Source of the DNA: Oopsacas minuta
Taxonomy: Eukaryota; Animalia; Porifera
DNA: 64,000 nucleotides
Reading direction: 5' to 3'
Assembly: GCA_024704765.1 (NCBI GenBank)
Contig: JAKMXF010000302.1
Coordinates: 248,001 to 312,000, forward strand
Below the pieces are notes generated by a model. That model was not told the origin of the DNA. It saw only the letters and a program-made list of their open reading frames with translations, and ran no database searches. Position numbers and translations under genes: made by a program. Positions 54,641 to 64,000 of the stretch are shown here, piece by piece. Each line of letters opens with the position of its first letter. The first letter of the stretch is position 1.

Positions 54641-54830
54641 TTTGTACAGCTCCTGTAGGGAGAGGGGATGTTGTGCAACGCTCGTTCGTCCGTCTGTCCG
54701 TCTGTCCGCGGAGCCGTGCGAAATCTAGCAGTCCGATTAACATGAAAATTGGCACACATAAACATTTTGGGAGATTTACACCCAGGGGGAAGAATTTTTC
54801 TAAAGTGATATTTTAACACTTTTTTTGCTA
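54641..54830. mobile_element. Non-autonomous Helentron/DINE-1-like (HINE-type) repeat remnant
   Basis: GC-rich island in an AT-rich spacer, with cgtccgtctgtccgtctgtccg (CCGT/CTGT microsatellite) followed by catgaaaattggcacac. This arrangement is recalled as typical of DINE-1/HINE elements. Boundaries are approximate. Confidence 0.55.
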
Positions 54831-54910
54831 TCTTAACAAGTAATACACATATTTGTATGGAAGATCGGATATTATGTAAGTGATAAGTGAATAATAGTAA
54901 TTACGTAGTG

Positions 54911-56092
54911 TTACAAAGTGGATCTGCTAAGAGCATTCCATGGGTTCTTTAGCTGTGTCTGCACAAGTAAACGCTTCCATTGAGACCGATTAGCTTTTAA
55001 AGTCATCTCAGCTATCTCTACTTTTCTCTCCCAACTACCAACTACACGCTGTAACTCCTCCAAACTAGCTATTCGCTTGACATAATCCATAACTTCTGGA
55101 GCTCTATAATAGCTAAGCTTCTGTCTTAGAGTAATATTAATCTCATTAGCTTCTTCTCTATCACGCTCTGCTACAGTAAATTCAGCTTTTAACTTATCAA
55201 GTATATCAGATCTCTGCTGTATCCCATTTTTAAGTTCATCAGATTCATTAGTTAGAGTGTTTAGCTTCTTTTTAAAAGAGCTCAGAACTTGATTAGCATT
55301 TCCAGCAGCTAACTTATACTTAACCAACTCTTCATATAACTCCATTATCCTCTCCATATCCTGTTTATGTTCTATATCAAGTTGATCAAAATCAACTTGA
55401 TGCAAAACTTCACCCATTTCTTCTTTCTGGCGTAGATGAACTTTCACTTTTTGGATTCTCCCTCGCATAGCAGAATTCTTTAAGCGAAGCTTTTCAATGT
55501 AAGAATCTCGATTCTTCACTTTATCTTCAAAGTATTTAGCAATCTTTTCACCCATCACCTTTCCTATATAACGTACAAATATATATTAAAATCATACAAA
55601 TATTCAATTGGTATGTTATCTCTACATACCTGTGTGTTTACTGACAGCTCCTTGAGCTATGAGCCGTTCATACTCATGTCCGCTCTTCTTAAGTTCACTC
55701 AGAGCAATCTCTGCCTCTTCTATAATCGCGTGATGGGCATCTATCTTCTTCTCAGAATCCTCCTTCATCAGTTCGATGTGTTTAAAGATCTCTTCAAGCT
55801 CGCTTGTTGCAATATCACACTTCTGCTCTGCACTAAGATGAAGCACTTCTACTGATATACGAGTTGGCTTCGATTTTTTACGTCCGAGTTTAGTAAAGTC
55901 TCCTACACTGGTTTTCTGCACAACCATTGATCTGTTGGTTACTGATTCAGAAGGCTCCACACGCTTAAGGTAATTAGAAAACATTTTATTTTCATTTGAT
56001 ATGTTTGTAATTCTCCTTTTCCTCTGTTTAATCTGATAAATAGCATCCGCACGACTGATAGAAGGTAGATTTTGGCTTTTTGGTTCAGTCAT
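54911..56092 (-). CDS. CCDC113: Ciliary coiled-coil protein CCDC113/CFAP263, 2 exons (56092-55630, 55563-54911)
   Basis: LSAEQKCDIA, HTG|KVMGEKIAKYFEDK across a 66-nt phase-1 intron, EEMGEVLHQVDFDQLDIEH, YRAPEVMDYV. Confidence 0.88.
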
Positions 56093-56636
56093 TGATCAAT
56101 CAGCACCTGAAGTTCAATTCTATACTATAAGAGTTGTGAAATTCTTGGAATCAATTCTAGTAATTAAAATCAATTGTTGATGACTATAGCATAACCGTAG
56201 GAGTACTGGTAGGTATTTTCCTGATTCAAAGATAAATTAGAAACTATAAAGGTGGAGCTTGGAGCAAAAGAAAAATGCACAAATGAGAAATAACATATCA
56301 CGATAGTTCATAGACATTCATAGAGATTATTGCGTATAAAATTACAAGTTTTACAGGACGGTGCTAAAATATGAAACTTTCCAAAATAGGTAATGCAAAA
56401 ATCGTCCCCTACTCTTCGGGAATTGGACATGAGGTATATCAGATTAACACGAGATTAAACTTCTCATAAATTTATAGGGAATTGAAGCCTCTGTGTTTGT
56501 GAACTGTGTGCGTAGTAGAGTTATAACTTATGAACTCCTACTATTCTCAGAAAACATGCGAAACAATGCAATATGCTATTCAACACTTGTTTGAATATAT
56601 ATTGGAGGAAATCACACACTTATTAATCTAGCAAAC

Positions 56637-59075
56637 ATGAACACAAGAGATAGAGCTCAACATCCTGAAGGGAATAATTGGAATTCACAATACGATTATC
56701 TGGACTCTCTAATTTCCGGAAGTCACACCTCTAGACATGATGCAGATGGTTTATACTACAAGGCATCACTCCCAAATATGGTGACCTACCCAGATTTTAA
56801 GACATTCGATTGGAACAAAGACGAAATTAGAGACAACGCTGAGAACCATTACGACAAAATTGGCAGGTCAGGTTTTGTGTCTGGCTTGCTAGAATTCCTA
56901 GAAAGTTGGTGGGGATGGATTCTTGTTATCTTAATGGGTGTATGTGTTGGCATAATATCAGTATTCATTCACTGCGGAATATCTTGGTTCAGTTCATTTC
57001 GTGAGGGAGTATGTAGATATGATCTGTACAAGAACAAACATGACTGTTGTTGGGTGAGTGAAGTGTATTCAGTAGACAGTGATTGTGAAGAGTTCTTAAC
57101 CTGGCGGGAAGTGTTCGGGTTATACTCTGATGGCTATGTAGTAGGAGCGTATAACTATATATTCAATTATCTGGGGTATATAACTCTATCAGCTGCTTTC
57201 GCTACATTAGCAGCTACATATGTTAAAGTTATCGCGCCATATGCGTACGGGTCTGGTATACCAGAAATTAAAACAATATTATCTGGTTACGTCATCAAAG
57301 GATTCTTAGGAAAAGCTACCCTCCTCGTCAAATCTATGGGCGTTATACTGTGTGTTGGAGCAGGGATGAGTGTAGGAATGGAAGGTCCGATCGTACACAT
57401 AGCTTGTTGCGTAGGAAACATATTCGCTTCTTTCTCACGGAGATTCAGAAACAATGAAGCAAGGAAAAGAGTTATGCTGAGTGCATCTGTAGCAGCTGGC
57501 GTAGCAGTAGCATTCATAGCTCCTATAGGAGGAGTGCTATTCAGTTTTGAAGAGGTAAGCTCTTGTAAATATTTTTGTAAACATATTCATTATGAATGTA
57601 TTTAGTTGAGCTACTATTTTCCTGTAAAGACATTATGGAAAGCATTAGCTGCAGCAATGGCTGGAGTATTTACAGTGCGTTACATATCACCCACAGATAC
57701 TCATCACTGTAGTTTTTTCTTAAACTTCGATACAGATTGGAACATGTTTGAATTAATACCATTTTCAATGTTGGGTGTATTGGGAGCTTTTTATGGGGTA
57801 TTCTTCATAAAATGCAATTTGTTCTGGACTCGTTACAAGGCTACATATCACTTCGCTAAATATCCAATATTGGAGACTTTTGTCTTAGCATTTATTACTT
57901 CATTACTTGCTTTTCCAAACCCTTTCACAAAGGCTGAAGCAACTCAAGTAATTAAACAATTAACTTCGAAATGTAATGTAGGTGATTCAGGCTATCTCTG
58001 TGCTTACAATTGGTCGTCATCAGCTGATTCGTCTGATCCTTATCATGACGCTGTAGCGAGTGATGAAGTGTATTTCGGTATTCTTCTACTCTCTTTAGCA
58101 ATCCTGTTCAAACTAACTACAACTATTTTAACGTTTGGATCTAAGATCCCTACTGGCTTGTTTATACCTACAATGTATATAGGAGCTTGTACAGGACGAA
58201 TTGTGGGAATTTTGACAGAGCAGACGATAATCAGTCTACAAGGAAACGGGTTTGGAGAGTTCATATGTCCAAGAAACAATGGGTACCAATGTGTTACCCC
58301 GGGGCTATATGGGATAGTAGGATCTGCGGCTTTTCTCTCTGGGGTGAATAGAATGACTGTTACACTTGCAATTATCATGATAGAACTTACAGGAGGACTA
58401 AAATACATCATACCAATACTAACAGCAGTAATGATAGCAAAATGGCTAGGAGACTGTTTATGCACTAGTAGTATATATGAAGAATATATTCAGTTGAAAA
58501 AATATCCTTTCTTAAGCGATAAGGAGGAATACAGTGCTAACTACAGAGTTGGAGAAGTGTTGGATATACGTGGAGGTTATCGTGGCCTAGTGTGGATCTC
58601 GGCAACAGAATCTACTGTAATTTGCATTCAAGAGCTGATAGAGCGATATAACTATTGGGGGTATCCTGTAGTGTTAACTCATGATTCAAGACTACTACTA
58701 GGCTATGTAACTAAACTAGATCTTAAACAGGCTCTGTACGAGGCTTGGGCCAATAGCAGAGAGATTAGAGTAGATACGTTGGTGCATTTTGTAGAGGTAA
58801 GACCGGAGCAACAACAGTTTAGACATATCCTAGATTTCTCTAAAATAGTTGACAGAGCTCAGTTTCAAGTGACACGAAGCACTCCTATGCACAACGTAGT
58901 TAAAATGTTCCAGAAAATCGGTCTCAGACAAGTGCTAGTCTCTGAATGTGGGAAAGTAGAGGGAATACTCTCTAAAAAAGATATCGTTGAACATGTGCTA
59001 CAGACATCAAGACAATACGAAGAAGATCATAGCTGTAGCTGCTGGAATTTGAGTGAAAGATTCTCATACAACTAA
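56637..59075 (+). CDS. CLCN: CLC-3/4/5-type Cl-/H+ exchanger with CBS domains, 2 exons (56637-57554, 57606-59075)
   Basis: GSGIPE, GMEGP, GGVLFSFEE|LSYYFP across a 51-nt intron, GLFIP, SIYEEYI..KKYPFL, CBS pair. Confidence 0.93.
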
Positions 59076-59231
59076 TAACTTTTGTACACAAGTATATTCA
59101 TATATTTATCCCACTTATAAGCTTAATCAAGTGGATAAGTACTTTTGTCCAGTAGTTATAATTCCCATAGCTAAAACAAATTTGGCTCGTTTGTTTAGTG
59201 TAATGTATGTTAATATCCAATAAATGAACTT

Positions 59232-59639
59232 TTAGCTTATGAAGTTATCTTCTTCAAAAGCCTTTCTAGCTTTCTTCAATTCCTCATTCATAGTCAAGAG
59301 CTCTTTGACTCTAGTAAACTTCTTAGGATCTTTTCTAATAAGAAACACTGTATCCTCTACATGTACTTTATCAGAACGTCCTACTTCCATTGCCTTACGT
59401 GTTTGATCACGAATAAAATCGATAACAAGATCTTCTAACAATTCAATAGATTCTGTGTAAGGAACAGCGTCATCTCCAAATCCATGCATCATACATTTGA
59501 GCTCTTTAGCAAAATGTAGCTTCTTCTTGCTAGTAGAACCCGACACGAAGTGAGTAGTAGTATCCATAGTAGGTTGATCGTCATCATCAAAATCCTCGTA
59601 ATCCGGTTGAGAAGAAGAGGGAATATTAGTTTGAGACAT
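59232..59639 (-). CDS. TAF13: TFIID subunit 13
   Basis: KELKCMMHGFGDD, LEDLVIDFI, LIRKDPKKFTRVKELLTMNEELKKARKAF. Confidence 0.95.
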   Translation of the reverse strand: MSQTNIPSSSQPDYEDFDDDDQPTMDTTTHFVSGSTSKKKLHFAKELKCMMHGFGDDAVPYTESIELLEDLVIDFIRDQTRKAMEVGRSDKVHVEDTVFLIRKDPKKFTRVKELLTMNEELKKARKAFEEDNFIS

Positions 59640-59844
59640 AATTGCTAGTAGTGATAATTATTAAGATTTTGAAACAAGAATTAATTAAATCAAACAGTGT
59701 AACCTCGCCGAAAATTCCATCCCGTTTCCCAGTTTCTGCAACATTCGATTATGTAAGTATACTATCTGTATTTGAATAATACAATCAGACATTACACATG
59801 CAAGATGTACAACCACTAATTACCTATGCAGGCTTTCTAAAAGT

Positions 59845-62800
59845 TTAACTCTCCATTTCTTCCCCATCAACTGATGATCTATCAAAGAAGAACATAATTC
59901 TCCCTAACAGAGACTGTTGCTCGCTTGATATGATAGCTTGAGAGTGTTGAGTGAGGAGGCTCTTTAATTCAGAGGTCAGTACCTTATCAATCAACTTACA
60001 AGTATCAATTATCTTTAACAATTTTAGTAAAAGCTTGAGGCTGGTCGCTCTGATACTAGAATACATCTTATTACCACAACTAATGATAGTTGGACTTAGT
60101 ACAAAAGAGATCGATTCTACTATTAGGGCAGGATCTTCTTCAAGAGATATCTTATCACAAACCTTGTCTACACTCTCTAGCACAGACAAATGCACCTTCC
60201 ATGTACTCTGGTTTAAAAAGCGTGTAGCGTAATTAAAATATTCTTGAATAAAACCTTTCTGGTTGAACTTTGGAAAAACTTTTGCAAACCCTGTGAATAT
60301 AATTCTTGTCAATTCATCCTGTTTCTTATCATCTTCATTACCATCACTACTATCTTTCTGTTTGTCTAGGATAGAGTAGGCTAATTTAAAGAAGTCTGGG
60401 AATTGTTCGGATTTGTATTCTTCAATAATACTAGCTAATGCTTGTATCAATCCAGATTGAAGAGTTACAGTACGAGTAGCCTCTTTGAATAGAGTACTAA
60501 TCATATTGTTAATACTAGGAGAATGATTCAAACCATTAACTTTGATTTTTTCAGAGCAATTAACAGTCAGAAATTCGATGGTTTTTGGTAGATATATTTT
60601 CCCATCCCACGCTCTACCTGGAAGAGATTTTATTAGCCCCGCGAGGAGATTATCTGAATGTGTTATTGAAAGTTCTTTGGGAATCTTTTCAGCTAAATCT
60701 ATGATAGCCTTGAGGGCCTGTTCTCTTCTCTCCCAAACTTGAGCATTTAAATTCTGTAGCAAAATCTCTACTAACTCGTCCAGATAAAGTATCAACGCTC
60801 TCTCCTTGTTTGGAGCTAGGTTATCCCATATCTCTTCCCATAAGGTGTTATTCACAAACTTAGCATTCTCTTCCTCTTGCTGAGTATCTTTACTCACAAC
60901 TTTGTCATGAAGAGCGAAATATACTACAGGAATAAGATTTGATCTATAATTGTTAGTGATATCAGGACAATTGTGAGTAAGGGATTGTAGAATGAGACAA
61001 GCATTCAGTTGCTGGTCTGTATCTCCACTGAAGTAGAATTTAGTTAGTTTTAAAACAAGTTTCTCAAAGATAGATTCTTTCGCGTATCTAGCAAGTTGTG
61101 AAATTGAAGAAGCAAAAGTTTTCTTAACAGACAGACTCTTGTCATTCATTTTACCTAAGAAAGCACTAATAAGCTTTTGTGAATACGGAGAGAGATCTTG
61201 TTTGCATTGTACAGTCAAGAATACAGCAACTTTACTACAACCAACTTTAGTGTTAAGTGCTATACTACTCTTAATAAGATCTACAAGCTTAGGGATCAGC
61301 TGATCTAACACTTGAGTATCCACATATTGAATACAAGATTTGATTGTATCCATCATTGGAGAAGAACGACTTATATCTAAGCGAATAGATTCTATCTTTT
61401 CCTGACTCAGCTGATCTTGTTCTACCATGACAGATATTCGGCTTAGCTCCTGAGGTTCTAAATCAGATAACGCATTCAGTAGGGTAACTATTAACTCAGG
61501 TATTATAGGTTTTACAAGAGATCCTGCATATTTAGTTATTGATACTAGAGTAGCTAAGCAGATAGATTGTACTTCTTTCACAGCAGAATTAACTACATAG
61601 TCCAGTACCATAGGAAGAAGTACGCCAATATTCTTTTCTGCTATTTCTTTGTTGTTAGAAGAATTGCATAGTTTAACTGTTATTTTACTTAAAGAGCTAC
61701 AAGCAATAGCAGCAGCTACTCGTACTGTCTCTTTAAAGTCGTCGAGGTTTCTGAGGACAAGCTTCCAGAGTTCTGGAAGATCTTCAGCAAACATTTCGTA
61801 AGGCTGTGACGTTAGAATATCATTCAGACAGAGACAGCTGCCCTGTCGTACAGACCAAGAATTGAATGCTAGAAGTGCTTTAAGCTCACTCAAAATTGGC
61901 CTGCAATACTGTTCTATAATTTTACGGTCTTCTTGTACTAAATTGTTCCAAATATTTTCCATTGTCTTCTGTAAGTCAAGATGAGGATCATGTAGGAAAG
62001 AGAATAGCTTAGGAATTATACTAGGAAGCTCAGTTTCGAGATTACTCATTGCTCGATCCTTTGTGTTAGTTAAATCCAGCATTTGACCTTTAAATAGTGT
62101 AGATAAAGTGAATGTATGTCCTAGATTTAAGAGCGGATATGTGAAGGAGAGATCTTTAAGAATTCGTGAAAGATTAAATATTTCCTTATAAGTAGTTGAT
62201 GCTGATTTAGGTAGAGCTAGCTCTAAATTGGTAGCTTCTTCAGTATCTTTTGTAGTATCTTTATCTTCTTTTGCGTCAGTACTCGAATCCTCCTTCTTCT
62301 TTTTCTTAATATAATCAATAGATTGTGTTCCCATATACTTCTGTAAAACTGATAAGAGATTTGGTTTGGTGTCCTGGTTGCTGAATGTAAATACAACGAA
62401 TAACCCTATGGATGCTGCTTCTTGTGAAATAGAGTTTGAAGTATTTAATAGGATAGAAAGGAGAGCTGAGTGAATTCTTTCTATCTCAATACAGAGGTTG
62501 AAAGGGACAATAACCAACTGCAGCAGGGAGAGTAACCATATAGGAATTGAATAGCCTTTCTTCATGACAAGTTCATCCTTCACAGTTTTAAACAAAAACT
62601 CTAGGATATAAGTTAGAATTATGATATCTAATTTCTCCGTAGTTTGCTGGCAGTAAATAGAATCGTGGAGAAATGGAAGAAACTGGAAAGCCTTAGAACG
62701 ATTCCCAACTACACAAAATGAGAGACTCTCTCCTATACCAAGATGTAAATCTGCTCCTTGGAGATTGTGCTGTTTAATTAAACAATCACATACTTTCTTC

Positions 62801-64000
62801 AAGAACTCTTCATCTCTATAACAAATAGAGAGAATACCTAGCAATAAGAACCCACACTCTTTGGTAGGAATATCAGTCTTTGAGGATTTAAGGATATCAC
62901 TAATAATCTCCAACAATTCACCATGCTTAATATTAATCCTCTCCAACAGCTGATGATGAGAGAGTACAATAGCTAGACTCTGTAGGGATGTTTTAACAAT
63001 CATTAGGGATTCATGACGCATAGCTGACGTCATAAAATGTATAGATTTATCAATACAGTCTGTTTCAATTTGAGAGAATTGCTCAGCCTTACAAAACGCT
63101 ATGATATAAGCAAGAGATAGAATACTCCCATCAAAATGCTCTAATCTAAAGTTATCAGGAGCGAATGTGAATTTCTTGATAGTTAAGTTTATTTCTTCTA
63201 TAGAATTCTCTCGCATAATAAGCCCAGTTAATTCCGCAGCTAGCAGCCTCGTGTCGTCACGTCCTGAACTGATGAAAGGTTTCAAACTCTTGAACGTGAC
63301 AACGTCAGCTAATTCAGGAATGCAATGCAGTATCTCCTTTAGAGATTTAAGACTGACTTCATTGAGAGCTGAATCAGCTGCTGGTTTCAATCCGTATTGA
63401 ATAAGTTTGATATAATTGAGAAGAATATCATTTCTATTGGATAAGTTATGAAAAAATTCCTTTTTCTTCTGTAATCGTTTCTTACTGACCAATTCTAAAT
63501 CTGTCCCAGAAATCTTGGATATCAATTCTTCAAGGAATTGCAGCATCTTACCAAGGACAGCTGGTTTGAAAGGGAGTTCCCCTACACTACTACCAAACTT
63601 AACTCCTGTATTAGCACGCTCATTGCATTTATTAATTAAGAAAGAGACAAGAATATTAAATTCAGGCAACGAATCTGATTTAATTCCTTTTAAGGACAGT
63701 CCGCGAATAGCTTCATCTCTGACGTCACCCCTGGTATCGCCAGCAGCTATGAGCATGAGATAACGAGACAGTATGTGAGTAGAAGGGAATATTCTATGAC
63801 AACAACTGACGGTAGCTAACCTCACTAGAGATGTTTCCGTCTCCATAAGAGATGGGAATAGAGCTTCCAGGGTAGTTTGAACCTCTTCATTCCCTGATTT
63901 GAAAGCATCTGTCATTAGAGAAATACACTCATAGATAGCTAAACCTAAATCCTTCTCTGCGTTGAGTAAAGATTCAAACATTATTTGGAAGAATTGTATT
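59845..64000 (-). CDS. ECPAS: Proteasome adapter ECM29 (HEAT repeats), 5'-truncated by the window
   Basis: RYLMLIAAGDTRGDVRDEA, IIPKLFSFLHDP, WSVRQGSCLCLNDI, LDDFKETVRVAA, LPGRAWDGK. The frame is open up to the window edge. Confidence 0.9.
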   Translation of the reverse strand, partial: IQFFQIMFESLLNAEKDLGLAIYECISLMTDAFKSGNEEVQTTLEALFPSLMETETSLVRLATVSCCHRIFPSTHILSRYLMLIAAGDTRGDVRDEAIRGLSLKGIKSDSLPEFNILVSFLINKCNERANTGVKFGSSVGELPFKPAVLGKMLQFLEELISKISGTDLELVSKKRLQKKKEFFHNLSNRNDILLNYIKLIQYGLKPAADSALNEVSLKSLKEILHCIPELADVVTFKSLKPFISSGRDDTRLLAAELTGLIMRENSIEEINLTIKKFTFAPDNFRLEHFDGSILSLAYIIAFCKAEQFSQIETDCIDKSIHFMTSAMRHESLMIVKTSLQSLAIVLSHHQLLERINIKHGELLEIISDILKSSKTDIPTKECGFLLLGILSICYRDEEFLKKVCDCLIKQHNLQGADLHLGIGESLSFCVVGNRSKAFQFLPFLHDSIYCQQTTEKLDIIILTYILEFLFKTVKDELVMKKGYSIPIWLLSLLQLVIVPFNLCIEIERIHSALLSILLNTSNSISQEAASIGLFVVFTFSNQDTKPNLLSVLQKYMGTQSIDYIKKKKKEDSSTDAKEDKDTTKDTEEATNLELALPKSASTTYKEIFNLSRILKDLSFTYPLLNLGHTFTLSTLFKGQMLDLTNTKDRAMSNLETELPSIIPKLFSFLHDPHLDLQKTMENIWNNLVQEDRKIIEQYCRPILSELKALLAFNSWSVRQGSCLCLNDILTSQPYEMFAEDLPELWKLVLRNLDDFKETVRVAAAIACSSLSKITVKLCNSSNNKEIAEKNIGVLLPMVLDYVVNSAVKEVQSICLATLVSITKYAGSLVKPIIPELIVTLLNALSDLEPQELSRISVMVEQDQLSQEKIESIRLDISRSSPMMDTIKSCIQYVDTQVLDQLIPKLVDLIKSSIALNTKVGCSKVAVFLTVQCKQDLSPYSQKLISAFLGKMNDKSLSVKKTFASSISQLARYAKESIFEKLVLKLTKFYFSGDTDQQLNACLILQSLTHNCPDITNNYRSNLIPVVYFALHDKVVSKDTQQEEENAKFVNNTLWEEIWDNLAPNKERALILYLDELVEILLQNLNAQVWERREQALKAIIDLAEKIPKELSITHSDNLLAGLIKSLPGRAWDGKIYLPKTIEFLTVNCSEKIKVNGLNHSPSINNMISTLFKEATRTVTLQSGLIQALASIIEEYKSEQFPDFFKLAYSILDKQKDSSDGNEDDKKQDELTRIIFTGFAKVFPKFNQKGFIQEYFNYATRFLNQSTWKVHLSVLESVDKVCDKISLEEDPALIVESISFVLSPTIISCGNKMYSSIRATSLKLLLKLLKIIDTCKLIDKVLTSELKSLLTQHSQAIISSEQQSLLGRIMFFFDRSSVDGEEMES

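Noticed and set aside
54553-54819. 88-aa minus-strand ORF
   Set aside because: It is a translation of the microsatellite-bearing repeat (RTDGQTDER) and overlaps the GTF2E1 start in another frame.

Overview
This is compact, AT-rich eukaryotic (animal) genomic DNA with 27 protein-coding genes (26 complete, ECM29 5'-truncated). Most genes are intronless or have tiny introns of about 50-105 nt. The Grainyhead-type TF, Ig/FN3 receptor and extreme compaction suggest an early-branching animal, most plausibly a glass sponge (inference, not verified). Gene order: RhoA, Grainyhead-like, Ig-FN3 receptor, Na+/K+-ATPase alpha, BLOC1S5, SUCLG1, DUF4062-STAND-TPR, OSCP1, AUP1, ZNFX1-A, MVP/SPFH-like, orphan, TREX-like DEDDh exonuclease, orphan, EF-hand-septin, ZNFX1-B, NUDT16, SLC35A, ACAP, SRD5A, TRAF3IP1, WDR4, GTF2E1, CCDC113, CLC3/4/5-like, TAF13, ECM29. 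Main observations: (1) operon-like architecture, with 23/27 genes on the minus strand, many spacers of 80-360 nt, and an unpaired YAG acceptor within 15 nt of most start codons, consistent with SL trans-splicing or polycistronic transcription; (2) two nested genes, one antisense (ATPase inside the Ig receptor) and one same-strand (ACAP inside SLC35A); (3) a ZNFX1-bracketed cluster of nucleic-acid-defence-type genes, in which one ZNFX1 paralog appears to lack the RZ-finger catalytic Cys; (4) an EF-hand-septin fusion. Exon structures were inferred by hand from GT-AG sites and frame continuity; homology calls come from recalled motifs, and no searches were run.
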